Of a stretch of DNA of 64,000 bases, positions 24,101 to 37,352 are shown in pieces. The notes beneath the pieces were generated by a model, which saw only the letters and a program-made list of their open reading frames with translations, searched no databases and was not told where the DNA came from. Origin of the DNA: Macrostomum hystrix (Eukaryota > Animalia > Platyhelminthes); assembly GCA_950097015.1 (NCBI GenBank), contig CATNEN010000034.1, forward strand, positions 5,890,001 to 5,954,000, written 5' to 3'. Made by a program: the position numbers and the translations under genes. Positions within the stretch are counted from its first letter, which is position 1; each line of letters opens with the position of its first letter.

Positions 24101-27100
24101 CGCATCCTGGCTTTGCCGGAGTTTTTGTTGTCAGCCACACTCAGCCCTCTAAACTCACAAGTCCATCCATGGGAACTTGCTCGCCAAATTTTCTCTTATC
24201 TGAGCTGCGGCTACGAGTGTCCAGGCAATGGGATAAGCCGATTTCTACTTAGCAGTTCTTCCATTATCTCAGTGAGTCTGAAGAATCTTCGCAACAATAT
24301 GAGGCGTTAGAAAAAATCCCATTGTCTTGCCTAACATTCGCTTCTCCCATTTCCCATTTTATCCCGTCAATATTCAAATTTGGGTCCGCTTAACAAGATT
24401 CGATGTCTCTGGGATTTATCTGCGAATGTTGGACGCCAGAATGCTCCATCATTGGCGCTAGTTGCTTGCTGGGTCATGAGAACAGCAGTTTGTCCCTTAG
24501 CTGGTCTGGCTCTAGGGCGTCCAGTTGCTAGGGGGGGAGGGGGTGGAGACTTCTAGAATTGCTAATTTCCCTTTCATCTGCTCTGTCCAGCTGGGCTAGA
24601 TCGCATCTCTGGTGATCGGCCCCCCTAGGCCTGTGATTTTCCGCTTCAAACAATTCTTGCCGCTTCAGTTACTCAGTCTTTTGAATATCCTAAGCATTCC
24701 TACGGAATGATTTGACCAATTTGGGGCCTGTGTTCGAAACTTTTTTAATTGGCGGGATACTTTTAAAACAGATGATATAGTTTAAGTGAGTGGATATTTT
24801 GCAAATGAGTGGGATCGGTAACTTTAATTGAAGTTCTGAAAGACCAAATCTATCTGTAAATTTGGAAGAAATCTGTAGATCCAATCAGCATAATTTTTGC
24901 TTGGGGGGCTTTTTTGCTAGTCGTGTATACTAAATTCGTACTGTTCCTAACCTTTCTCCATCTACACCATAAACTGTAAAATTTGATTCTAAAATAAACA
25001 AATCCACAAAGTACTCGTACTAGAAATAACAATTTTTTAAATATTTCAGCCATGTGCCTTGACAGTCCTAAGAACGAGAACTAACATTATTATATTATAA
25101 TATTTATTTTCAGGCTGTGTGGGTGACGGCCACAATGCCCTACGTTGTCCTGCTTATCCTGCTAGTTCGCGGTCTGATGCTCGAAGGGTCAATGGGTGGC
25201 ATTAAGTACTACCTGACCCCCAAATGGGAGATGCTGCTAAAGGTGCAGGTGTGGAACGACGCCGCTTCCCAGATCTTCTTCTCGCTTGGCCCAGGATTTG
25301 GGGTCCTACTAGCATTGTCGAGCTACAACAAGTTTAACAACAACTGCTATGCGTGAGTTTTCCATTTATTTCTATTGTGTTTTTTACCGCTTCTAGTCAA
25401 CTGCTACTGCTAATTGAAAATGGTGAAAGTATTTTTTCGCAAGATAATTTTTGCGCTGCTGCAGTTTAAACAAGTGCGGATGCTCATTCCCTATGAGCAT
25501 TTTATTCGAACACCAAAACTCGAAAACACCGGTACTTTTTGACACGAAGTCAATCACATCGAAACTTGATAACACCGGAAACTTGATAACACCGGAAACT
25601 TGATAACACCGGAACTTTATAACACCGGAACTTGATAACACCGGAAACTTGATAACACCGGAAACTTGATAACACCGGAAACTTGATAACACCGGAAACT
25701 TGATAACACCGGAAACTTGATAACACCGGAACTTGATAACACCGGAACTTTATAGCACCGGAACTTTATAACACCGGAACTTGATAACACCGGAAACTTG
25801 GTAACACCGAAACTTTATAACGCCGGAAAGCAACCTAGTTAAAAATCACAACATAGAAGCATCGTAACTCTGCGTTTAAACTCTTCGAAAAACTACGAAA
25901 AATATATTTCAAAGATTCTTTTAACTCCAGTGACGCGATGGTTACCAGTGCAATAAACTGCGCCACATCCTTCTTGGCTGGCTTTGTGGTCTTCTCCGTG
26001 CTGGGCAATATGGCCCATCGGCTGGGCAAGGACATGGACTCAGTCGCTTCCGAGGGTAAGTAACAATGGCACAAGCTCTTTTGTTTGGAATTAGTCTGTT
26101 TTTCTCAGAGTTCGGTTTATTAACCAATGATATCGGTTAAACAGCTGAAATTTGTGTACAGAAATGTGTTCGCATTTATATGCGAATTTACGAGCGTATG
26201 TGTTCGCAGGACTACTAAGTAACATATATCCTGTGGTCCTTGATCGTACAAAGGAATGTAATCACAGGAAGGTGTAAAATCGCTTCGAGAGTTTGATAGA
26301 ATCGCAGCAAGACATTGATAGAATCGCAGCAAGACATTGATAGAATCGCAGCAAGACATTGATAGAATCGCAGCAAGTCATTGATAGAATCGCAGCAAGA
26401 CATTGATAGAATCGCAGCAAGACATTGATAGAATCGCAGCAAGACATTGATAGAATCGCAGCAAGTCATTGATAGAATCGCAGCAAGACATTGATAGAAT
26501 CGCAGCAAGACATTGATAGAATCGCAGCAAGACATTGATAGAATCGCAGCAAGACATTGTTAGAATCGCAGCAAGACATTGATAGAATCGCAGCAAGTCA
26601 TTGATAGAATCGCAGCAAGACATTAATAGAATCGCAGCAAGACATTGATAGAATCACAGCAAGACATTGATAGAATCGCAGCAAGTCATTGATAGAATCG
26701 CAGCAAAACTTTGATAGAATCGCAGCAAGACATTGATAGAATCGCAGCAAGACATTGATAGAATCGCAGCAAGACATTGATAGAATCGCAGCAAGACATT
26801 GATAGAATCGCAGCAAGACATGTTTAGCTTGTTTAGCTAGGAAAAGCATTACAATTGAGATTTTTCCACAAGGTGCTGTGCACTGTTAATTAGTGACTGG
26901 AGCAATCTTTTGAAGGTCCCGGACTGGTGTTCATGGCTTACCCGGAAGCTATCGGCACACTTCGCGGCTCCGTGTTCTGGGCCATTATCTTCTTCATTAT
27001 GCTGATCACACTAGGACTCGATAGCACTGTAAGTGATCTATTTGGTGCATTCTTTGGGCAAATTCTTTGACAGATTACATCTGGGTATAATTTGTGAAAT

Positions 27101-30100
27101 TACAAAGGATAATTGTCGAGGTTCTCTGGATAACTTGGGATAATTCAATAAATTATTGGGATAATTCAATAGATCCTCGGGATAATTCAATAAATTCTTG
27201 GGATGGTTCAATAGATTCTTGGGGTAATTCAATAGATTCTTGTTCAATAGACTCTTGGGATGGTTTAATAGATTCTTGGGATAATTCAATAGATTCTTGA
27301 GATAATTCAATAGATTCTTGGGATAATTCAATAGATTCTTGGGATAATTCAATAGATTCTTGGGATACTTCAATAGATTCTTGGGATAATTCAATAGATT
27401 CTCGGGATAATTCAATAGAATCTTGGAATAGTTCAATAGATTCTTGGGACAATTCAATCGATTCTTGGGATAGTTCAATAGATTCTTGGGATAATTCAAT
27501 AGAATCTTGGAATAGTTCAATAGATTCTTGGGATAATTCAATAGATTCTTGGGATAATTCAATCGATTCTTGGGATAGTTCAATAGATTCTTGGGATAAT
27601 TCAATAGATTCTTGGGATAATTCAATAGATTCTTGGGATACTTCAATAGATTATTGGGATAATTCAATAGATTCTCGGGATAATTCAATAGAATCTTGGA
27701 ATAGTTCAATAGATTCTTAGGATAGTTCAATAGATTCTTGGGATAATTCAATAGAATCTTGGAATAGTTCAATAGATTCTTGGGATAATTCAATAGATTC
27801 TTGGGATAATTCAATCGATTCTTGGGATAGTTCAATAGATTCTTGGGATAATTCAATAGATTCTTGGGATAATGCAATAGATTTTTGGGATAGTTCAATA
27901 GATTCTTGGGATAGTTCAATAGATTCTTGAGATAATTCAATAGATTCTTGGGATAATTCAATAGATTCTTGGGATGGTTGAATAGATTCTTTGGATAATT
28001 CAATAGATTCTTGGGATAATGTAATAGATTCTTGGGATAATTCAATAGATTCTTGGGATGGTTGAATAGATTCTTGGGATAATTCAATAGATTCTTGGGA
28101 TAGTTCAATAGATTCTTGGGATAGTTCAATAGATTCTTGGGATAGTTCAATAGATTCTCGGGATAGTTCAATAGATTCTTGGGATAATTCAATAGATTCT
28201 TGGGATAGTTCAATAGATTTTCGGGATAATTCAATAGATTCTTGGGATAATTCAATAGATTCTTGGGATAGTTCAATAGATTCTCGGGATAATTCAATAG
28301 ATTCTTGGGATAATGCAATAGATTCTTGGGATAATTCAATAGATTCTTGGGATAATTCAATAGATTCTCGGGATAGTTCAATAGATTCTTGGGATAATTC
28401 AATAGATTCTCGGGATAGTTCAATAGATTCTTGGGATAATTCAATAGATTCTCGCGATAATTCAATATATTCTTGGGTTAGTTGAATAGATTCTTGGGAT
28501 AATTCAATATATTCCTGGGATAATTCAAGGGACTCTTATTGTTAGATATTCTCGTGGCAATCAAGATTCCTGTAATAAAACAAGTCAAGACCTCCTAGTA
28601 GATTTTCTATTGGAAAGCATTGTCGGTTCTTTTTTTATAGAAACTACGCGTTAAATGTAAGAAGGCTGCACCCGCCGATGCCATTTCAGTACGGAGGTCT
28701 CGAGGCCATCATCACCGGCATTCTGGACGAATTTCCCAAGCTGCAGCGCAAGCGCGAACTCTTTGTGCTGGCCCTCATTGTGTACTGCTTCCTCGGCGGC
28801 CTCTCCACCACCACCTATGTGAGCAAAGCTGCTAGTACTGAAATATCTGACTCCATTACTGAAAGATCTGACTCCATTACTTAAAGGTCTGACTCCATTT
28901 CTTAAAGATCTGACTCCATTACTTAAAGGTCTGACTCCATTTCTTAAAGATCTGACTCCATTACTGAAAGATCTGACTCCATTACTGAAAGATCTGACTC
29001 CATTACTGAAAGATCTGACTCCATTACTTAAAGGTCTGACTCCATTTCTTAAAGATCTGACTCCATTACTTAAAGGTCTGACTCCATTTCTTAAAGATCT
29101 GACTCCATTACTGAAAGATCTGACTCCATTACTTAAAGATCTGACTCCATTACTGAAAGATCTGACTCCATTACTGAAAGATCTGACTCCATTACTGAAC
29201 GATCTGACTCCATTACTTAAAGGTCTGACTCCATTTCTTAAAGATCTGACTCCATTACTGAAAGATCTGACTCCATTACTGAAAGATCTGACTCCATTAC
29301 TGAAAGATCTGACTCCATTACTGAAAGATCTGACTCCATTACTGAAAGATCTGACTCCATTACTGAAAGATCTGACTCCATTTCTTAAAGGTCTGACTCC
29401 ATTTCTTAAAGATCTGACTCCATTTCTTAAAGATCTGACTCCATTACTTAAAGGTCTGACTCCATTTCTTAAAGATCTGACTCCATTTCTTAAAGATCTG
29501 ACTCCATTTCTTAAAGATCTGACTCCATTTCTTAAAGATCTGACTCCATTACTGAAAGATCTGACTCCATTACTTGAAGATCTGACTCCATTACTGAAAG
29601 GTCTAACTCCATTACTGAAAGGTCTAACTCCATTACTGAAAGGTCTACCTCCATTGCTGAAAGGTCTGATCTAGGAAATCCTCTCTAGATTTTTAGGTTT
29701 AGGTGTACCTTCAGTAATTTAGCTGATAAGTACGACCTACAAGCACCTGCCTGATGTTTGTCAAGACATTAAAAAAATTGCCTTAAATAATTGTTTTGCT
29801 TGCAGGGCGGATTCTACGTACTGAATCTGTTGGATCAGCACGGAGCCCCGATCTCGCTGCTGTTTATCGTCTGCGTTGAAGGCATCGCCCTGTGCTGGTT
29901 CTACGGTTTGTGAAACGATATGTCGATCTGACTTATACTGCGTCTTACTTATAGTAGCATGTTGCAATTAAGCAGCTTAAATTAAACTGAAATAGGAAAC
30001 AAAATGCTCCCACCCTTACTAAAGGCCATCGGCGATTCAGCGCCGACATCAAGAAGATGCTGGGCTTTGTGCCCGGCCCCTTCTGGCAGGTCTGCTGGAC

Positions 30101-30862
30101 TATCATCACTCCGCTCTTTCTCATGGTAAGGATCGTAGGCCTCAAGTGGCTGCTGTCTTTATAGGCTAGCCTCACTCCCTGCTCTGACTTGGTCACCGAA
30201 TCATTATTTTGTACTCAACCCGCCCCCCTAACCTCAGGCAATCTTCATCGCTAATGTTGTATTCTACGAATCCAGGCCTGTAATGGTACTCGGCGAAGCC
30301 ATCGAATTTCCCAAATGGGCCATCGGCATTGGCTGGATGATCACAATGTCCTCACTCATTATGGTTCCCGTGTACTTCTTCTACAAGCTCGCCATCACGC
30401 CCGGAAGATTTGAGGAAGTGAGTTTGGAAAGGGGATCTGGGATCGGGATCTGGGATGATCGGGATCTGGGATCGGGATCTGGGATCGGGATCTGGGATCG
30501 TGATCTGGGATCGTGATCTGGGATCGGGATCTGGGATCGGGATCTGGGATCGGGATCTGGGATCGGGATCTGGGATCGGGATCTGGGATCGGGATCTGGG
30601 ATCGGGATCTGGGATCGGGATCTGGGATCGGGATCTGGGATCGGGATCTGGGATCGGGATCTGGGATCGTGATCTGGGATCAGAAACCTGAAGGGTAATC
30701 TCCATGATTTCTCAACTTATTCTTTAGCGTTTGAGGAAGATCAGCCAGCCAGAGGAGCTGCCGCCGCATGTCGAGGTGTTCCAGCTAGAGCTGATTGGCA
30801 GTGGCAAAGACGAAGGAGGCGGCAATCAGCACCAGCTGCAGCAGGAACCTACAGCAGTGTGA
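21196..30862 (+). CDS. SLC6A4: Sodium-dependent serotonin transporter (SERT-like SLC6), 13 exons, 646 aa
   Basis: join(21196-21315, 21427-21589, 21980-22114, 23076-23337, 23434-23572, 25114-25352, 25931-26055, 26916-27028, 28690-28818, 29806-29905, 30025-30125, 30238-30417, 30728-30862). All introns GT-AG, phases consistent, 1941 nt. Motifs [32 protein letters not shown] (TM1 Asp), [23 protein letters not shown] and GLDST. DLGN...YICY and DST are SERT-type rather than DAT-type. The start codon is inferred. Confidence 0.9.
22210..22700. repeat. Intronic minisatellite, 40-bp unit CTAGATATCCCACTGGATTCCTAAATACTATATTGTATCT, ~11 copies (SERT intron 3)
   Basis: Directly visible tandem array. Confidence 0.95.
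22720..23012. repeat. Intronic minisatellite, 20-bp unit CATTCCTAGAATTCACACAG (SERT intron 3)
   Basis: Directly visible, moderately diverged array. Confidence 0.9.
25560..25828. repeat. Intronic minisatellite, 16/17-bp unit ACTTGATAACACCGGAA (SERT intron 6)
   Basis: Directly visible tandem array. Confidence 0.95.
26292..26822. repeat. Intronic minisatellite, 22-bp unit TTGATAGAATCGCAGCAAGACA, ~24 copies (SERT intron 7)
   Basis: Directly visible tandem array. Confidence 0.96.
27128..28530. repeat. Intronic minisatellite, 21-bp unit GGGATAATTCAATAGATTCTT, ~65 copies (SERT intron 8)
   Basis: Directly visible tandem array; source of the spurious NYPKNLL ORF. Confidence 0.96.
28845..29668. repeat. 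Intronic minisatellite, 21-bp unit CTGACTCCATTACTGAAAGAT, ~39 copies (SERT intron 9)
   Basis: Directly visible tandem array. Confidence 0.96.
30432..30680. repeat. Intronic repeat, 13-bp unit GGGATCGGGATCT, ~19 copies (SERT intron 12)
   Basis: Directly visible tandem array. Confidence 0.96.
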
Positions 30863-33800
30863 CCATTTAAAGCTCGTTTGTTTCTCTGAACACTGGCATC
30901 CGACAGGCTTCACGAGCCAGTGACAGTTATTATAGAAACAATTTTGAATTCGCACGATGAAATTTTGGTATTTAGCGCTCGATTACCTATACCTCAATCC
31001 TAGAGCCTAGAACAAATCTTCGAATCTTCTAAATGGAATTCTGAAGCAAAAACTAAAAAAACTATTTTTTTTTCTGATCCACGGTCGGCTCATTTACATT
31101 TTTATGTAAACTCTGGCACATTCTAGGAATTATTTTAGAAAATTGCCGGAACATATTATTTTTTTATGTTTATGTCCCAATAAGGAGTATTAGTGTACAT
31201 GTATAGGTAAAGGGTTCTAAAGTCGCAATACATTTAGCAGCACATATTCGCTATACGTGTACTTTAGTTATTTAAACTAAAAAACTTATATTATCTTATA
31301 AATATCAAAACATATTAAAACATATTAAAAAACTTATTTTAAAAGACTTTTTACTTGTTCATTCTTGCACTTGTTGAACTTTTAAGTAGGACCCCTTTGG
31401 AAAAAAATATAACTTATTTGTGTTATGAACTAAAAAATAGAATAATTAAGCAATACGTTCCTTTCCCATTTTATTTTGTCCCAACGTTTTTTCTACACCA
31501 TAAAAAGTAATCGAATTTTGGTAAAAAAAACCTCGCTTTCCTTTCCTTAATAGCGCATCTCCGATAAATACGAATAATCCACAATACTAACAATGATTTT
31601 AATTATAACTTCTATAGTATTCTTACACTACTGTAGCTCTATTCCTCTTGATACCCATTTATTTATTTTAAGCGATCCATTATTGTCACGCTATAAATAA
31701 TTATTTTATGTAGTTTTAGTAATTTAATTGAGTGATTATAATTTCAGATTCTGATGCGTTTTGTTTTTTCTTATTTGTCTTAAAAGAATCAAGTTACTTT
31801 ATAGATACGCGTACCTCAAAGAAAAAAAAATTGTAGCGCAATGTTTTATTATAGATGCACATGTCCTTTTTCCCTAGCAATGTATAAATTCCTTTATATG
31901 TATGTATGCACATACTTACTGACCGCTAACCTGTCTATCGCATCTCAAATATTTAATATCCGTCTTAAATATCCGATCTTCACTTTTTGCATAATATAAT
32001 TAAGAGAAAAATATATTTATGGCCGACAAGCTACGAGTAATAGCGTTAGGTTTTATGTATTGCTGCGACGAATTGATAGTATGTACGAGTATTAGTTTAA
32101 ATTAAATTATTACGCATATTCGCAGTCAGAATTACCAATACAGTTCATTACCACATGGACAAACCATTTTTCTAAAAGACATTTGTGTTATTCAGGAAAT
32201 AGAGATGCGATTCGGATAACAGTTCCCACTTCCACAATTAGCTATTTGATTTTGATTTGGATTACCCTTATTGTAAACGACACAGACAGGAAATAATTTA
32301 TTGTTCTCGCTGACCTACACAAACCTGATTATCTTTATTTTAGTCCAATCGGACGCGGATCTTAGTTTTTTTTAAACTTGTTTTAACAGTTCTGCGATGT
32401 GTCATATTCATAGTCAAGCAAAAATATTGAATTTTGTAGTCGCATGTAAGCAGTGTTCCTGCACTAAACTAAATGTATTGCAGTTATTATTTAATATTTT
32501 GCTTTTACTCTCTTACTTTTTATGTATTGCATCTTGTAAACGGGAAAGCATATAATTAGTAAAACCCAATGTTGTCTGCAATCTTATGTTGTCTGCAAGC
32601 TTTCTTAACATTTTTGTCGATCGGGACTGGCTGTATTTTTCAAATAGACTATTAATATTTTAGCCAGAGTTAAATGAAAAAAAAACACATTTATTCCATA
32701 ATACTCGTAACGCTATTCTGAGCAAATATATACGATTACTTTAATTATTTTTCAGTTTCGTGACGCTTTTCTGTGCACTTAGGAACAAAATCTGTTTTGT
32801 CGTTCGCATCGTCTACAAATCATTGATTGCGCAGTCTCACGAAAAAAAAGATTTTTAAAGAGAATTTATTTATCTAGGTTTACAAAATAGTACCGTTGAC
32901 TACTTGGATGTCCAGTTTTGTTAAAAGAAAGCCTAACGTTAATTGCAAGATTTGCGCTTAAATAATTTGAGATAAACGGACTAAAATTGGAATTTTCGAA
33001 CAAATAGAACGGTACGTGGGATGATATAGACACGTATGTCTAACCTCGTTCAATCCCTTGATACTTTTACTTGTCAATGAGAAACAAGTAGTCTTACAGC
33101 TTACTTACTACATCTCACAACCAAGTAACTAGTATGCCTTGGTAAGTCCAGTCAGAAATCATTACTATTCGTGTTTAATATTTAAAAAGGCTTTTTAACT
33201 TTTTTATTTAATTTTTGTATATTTCATACTTACAAAAGTTTGGAATTCCAAAATACATGAACTTTATTAACTTGACTGTTTGACTATAAGCATAATGCTC
33301 TGCTACATGCACATGCAAATAATAGCTGTCCATTAAAAAACTTCTTAATGAATAGTGTATTCTAAAATTCAAATAAGACTGATTCTTTTCATAACAATGA
33401 GTAGTATTTTTGTCCAGCAAGAGCTATAAAAATATAACAATGTTTTGAGATGTAATAAATATTTCTGTCTTTGTTTTGTAAGTGCAATATATCAGTGCTC
33501 TTTGTCTTTAAAATCCTGATAAGTCTTTGTTTAGTAAGGTTTGATAAGCTTTTATATTATAATTAATTTTATGGATAAAGTCTTTCCTAAGAGACAGTAT
33601 CCTATAATTCTAAACTTTAGCAATGAGAGCATTAGTTTACTTTGAGATTGAGTGATTATTAGTTAAATAAAAAAGTTGTTTTCCAATCCACTGTGGTATT
33701 ATGCATTTAATTTTGTATTAGCGAAACCTCATATTTTATTTAAAAAATAAAATGTGAACGTTTTATCATAATAAATTCCAAATTTTTATTTTTTTGCTAA

Positions 33801-33864
33801 AATCAAAGACTAAGGCCTTCAGTGTGAAAGCTGCTATAACCATTTCTACAGCATGAATGTCGAG

Positions 33865-34398
33865 GCTGCCATAACCCACTCCACTGCTTCAGTGTGGAAG
33901 CTGCCATAGCCCACTCCAGTGCTTCAGTGTGGAAGCTGCCATAGCCCACTCCAGTGCTTCAGTGTGGAAGCTGCCATAGCCCACTCCAGTGCTTCAGTGT
34001 GGAAGCTGCCATAGCCCACTCCACTGCTTCAGTGTGGAAGCTGCCATAGCCCACTCCACTGCTTCAGTGTGGAAGCTGCCATAGCCCACTCCAGTGCTTC
34101 AGTGTGGAAGCTGCCATAGCCCACTCCAGTGCTTCAGTGTGGAAGCTGCCATAGCCCACTCCAGTGCTTCAGTGTGGAAGCTGCCATAGCCCACTCCACT
34201 GCTTCAGTGTGGAAGCTGCCATAGCCCACTCCACTGCTTCAGTGTGGAAGCTGCCATAGCCCACTCCAGTGCTTCAGTGTGGAAGCTGCCATAGCCCACT
34301 CCAGTGCTTCAGTGTGGAAGCTGCCATAGCCCACTCCAGTGCTTCAGTGTGGAAGCTGCCATAACCCACTCCACTGCTTCAGTGTGGAAGCTGCCATT
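33865..34398. repeat. Minisatellite, 35-bp unit CTGCTTCAGTGTGGAAGCTGCCATAGCCCACTCCA, ~15 copies
   Basis: Directly visible tandem array with no unique spacers. Confidence 0.96.
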
Positions 34399-34791
34399 GC
34401 TTATCTCTAGTAACACTATGCAGGACTTCAGACCATCATTTTGTACGCTAAAGTGCACCATTCAGTAGTATTAAGTTCGTTAATATTTTTGCTCATGATT
34501 GATTAATGAGTCATTTGTGAATCAACGACTCGTCATTTCATTTGAAAATTTCGATTTAAAACTGGTAATGTTTTTTCTTATTTAATCTGTGAAATGAAAA
34601 TGGTTTGGGTCGGTATGTACTTATGCAAAAATATTATGAATATTCTTCTCTACCTAATGGTGTACTGCAATCACCATAAATGACAATTATCAATTATTTA
34701 TCCCAGCATTTTACTGCATTACTGCCTGGCAGCAATTAGCCTGATTGACTTCCTCTCTAGCAGGCCCAATGCCAAGCACTTCATTCGCTAT

Positions 34792-37352
34792 ATGAAGTAT
34801 TTTTTTATTATTATAGTGAGCAGTATATTTATGGCACATGAGAGGTGTAGCCATCCATTGGTCACACACTGGAGCACAAAAATCAGTGGCCTCTCAATCT
34901 CTCCAGTGAGGGGCCGCCGATTGTCAATCTGCCGAAGGAGGATCAGCCTGCCCGAGCTGCTGGCGCTTCGTCCGCTCCACCAGACGTGGGCGGGACAGTC
35001 GTCAGCAAGGCGACGGCGAATCACCGCGCGGACTCGCATCATCAGAGCAGAATCTGGCGCGAAGCCAAGGCTAAGAGTACAAGGCGGTGAGCATGCTCGG
35101 CGGATTTCGTAGATTCTTCTTTTGATTAGGAGATAGACAGCGGGATCATTTTATCAGACAGTGGGATCATTTTATCAGACAGTGGGATCATTTTATCTGG
35201 CAGTGGGATCATTTTATCTGGCAGTGGGATCATTTTATCAGACAGTGGGATCATTTTATCTGGAAGTGGGATCATTTTTTCAGACAGTGGGATCATTTTA
35301 TCTGGCAGTGGGATCATCTTATCAGAGAGTGGGATCATTTTATCTGGCAGTGGGATCATCTTATCAGAGAGTGGGATGAATTTATCAGACAGTGGGATCA
35401 TTTTATCTGGCAGTGGGATCATTTCATCAGACAGTGGGATCATTTTATCTGGCAGTGGGATCATTTTATCTGGCAGTGGGATCATTTTATCTGGCAGTGG
35501 GATCATTTTATCTGGCAGTGGGACCATTTTATCAGACAGTGGGATCATTTTATCAGACAGTTGGGTCATTTTATAAGGCAGTGGGATCATTTTATCAGAG
35601 AGTGGGATGAATTTATCAGACAGTGGGGATCATTTTTGTCAGACAGTGGGATACGTTCAGTCTGTTGGGTAAATTTTAGCGACCCACACCTCAGTGTGTC
35701 TCCTTTAAAATCAATAGTACAACTGGCAGGGGAGAATTTCGCTCTTTTGTTAGTCCGAACTCAACTCCACGTGATTTTGATTTGCTTTCGCGGTTTTCCA
35801 TGCAAAGTTTGGCCAAAGCGTTTTTTATTCGATCTCATCTTGAATGATTGGATCAATTCATCTTCATTGCTCCGCTTCTACTGCAGCTCCGCCCTGTGCA
35901 CTTTAGTCCCTTTTTCTGTCTCAGACTGTCTTACCTTGCCCCACCTTAAATCTGTCACTCAAACTGCCTGAAGTCTGCTTTGAAGTTCGATATATTTGCT
36001 TATGCTGGATGGGTTTAGGTTGTGATGTGCAGGAAATAAGAAACGAAAACCAACGGAGGCCATGCGATCCTTTTAGTTAAAAGCTTTTTTGGGGTTAGCC
36101 ACTTGTCACCAACAAAAAAATAACATTGAAGGCTGCTTACAATGAGGGTTATTACATTTTTTAATAATGTCAGTCAGTCAGTCAGTCAGTGTAATTCAAT
36201 CCACCCTGCAGCTACAAGAGGCTGGTATTCAAGAATGGCGAGTGCAACATCTCGCACTACAACATCAAGAAGCGCAAGCGACGCTTTCTGGCAGACATCT
36301 TTACGACCCTGGTGGACATGAAGTGGCGCTACACCCTGCTGCTGTTTGTGGTGACTTTCATCTCCGGCTGGCTGTTCTTCTCGCTGATGTGGTGGCTGAT
36401 CTGCTTCGCCCACGGCGATCTCGACAGCTCGCGTCCAGTCGGCTTCGTGCCGTGCGTCGTCAAACTGAACGACTTCACGGACGCCCTGCTATTTAGCATT
36501 GAGACTCAGCAAACCATCGGCTACGGCTATCGCTATCCAACGGACCGCTGTCCGGAGGCTGTGCTCATGGTGATGACTCAGAGTTGCTTCGGTGTCATCA
36601 TCCAGGCTCTGATGACTGGCTTGGTGTTTGCCAAACTGTCGCGACCAAAGAAGCGCGCCGAGACGCTGATGTTCAGCAAGAGCGCCGTCATCTGCAAGCG
36701 CGACGGTCAGATGGTGCTGCTGTTCCGGGTGGGCGACATGCGCAAATCCCAGCTGATCGAGGCGCACGTGCGCGCCGTGCTCATCAAGAAGCGTATCACC
36801 CGCGAGAACGAAATTCTGCCCCTGGAGCAGTTCGACATCGACCTGGGCTACAATGACGGCTATGATAGGCTGTTCCTGGTCTGGCCAATCATTGTCGAGC
36901 ACAAGATCGATCGCAACTCGCCATTCTGGGAGATCTCGGCCGACGATCTGCAGACGGAGCAGTTTGAGCTCATTGTAATGCTGGAGGGCATCATTGAGTC
37001 CACTGGCATGACAACGCAGGCCCGGTCCAGTTACCTGCCTTCTGAGATCCGCTGGGGTCACCGGTTTGAGCGCCTCATCACCTACCAGAAGGACAACGGC
37101 GAGTACCAGATCAACTACGAGAAGTTCCACGCCACCAAGGAGATACCGAGATTCCCGCGCTGCTCAGCGAGGGAGCTGGCCGACCTGGCCGGAGAAGAGG
37201 ACAATTCGTCGGCTCTGGGATTCATCTCAGACGAGGACTGCTCGTCGACTAGAACTGCCGCCGCCGCAGCCGCCAACGTCACCGCCAGTCAGCGCAGCAG
37301 CGATTCTGTCGGGCCGCTGACGACGTCAGTTCAGTGCCCGACTCAAAGCTGA
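34792..37352 (+). CDS. Inward-rectifier potassium channel (Kir/KCNJ family, invertebrate Irk/Kir2-like), ~441 aa
   Basis: The main exon 36212-37352 is certain: RLVFKNGECNI, DIFTTLVDMKWR, FSIETQQTIGYGYR filter, AKLSRPKKRAETLMFS, LEGIIESTGMTTQARSSY. Upstream exon 34907-35086 has a good acceptor (ctctcaatctctccAG) and donor (GTGAGC) with matching phase. A 5-nt start segment 34792-34796 (ATG AA|gtattt) is inferred with lower confidence. Confidence 0.9.
35130..35650. repeat. Intronic minisatellite, 21-bp unit CAGTGGGATCATTTTATC(A/T)G(A/G), ~24 copies (Kir intron)
   Basis: Directly visible tandem array. Confidence 0.95.

Noticed and set aside
27038-28465. 475-aa minus-strand ORF (NYPKNLL)n resembling a leucine-rich repeat
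   Set aside because: Translation of a 21-bp intronic minisatellite antisense within SERT intron 8.
33865-34398. 35-bp repeat array, and the 32/34-bp arrays, as CRISPR
   Set aside because: Head-to-tail units with no unique spacers, no cas genes, and a eukaryotic context.
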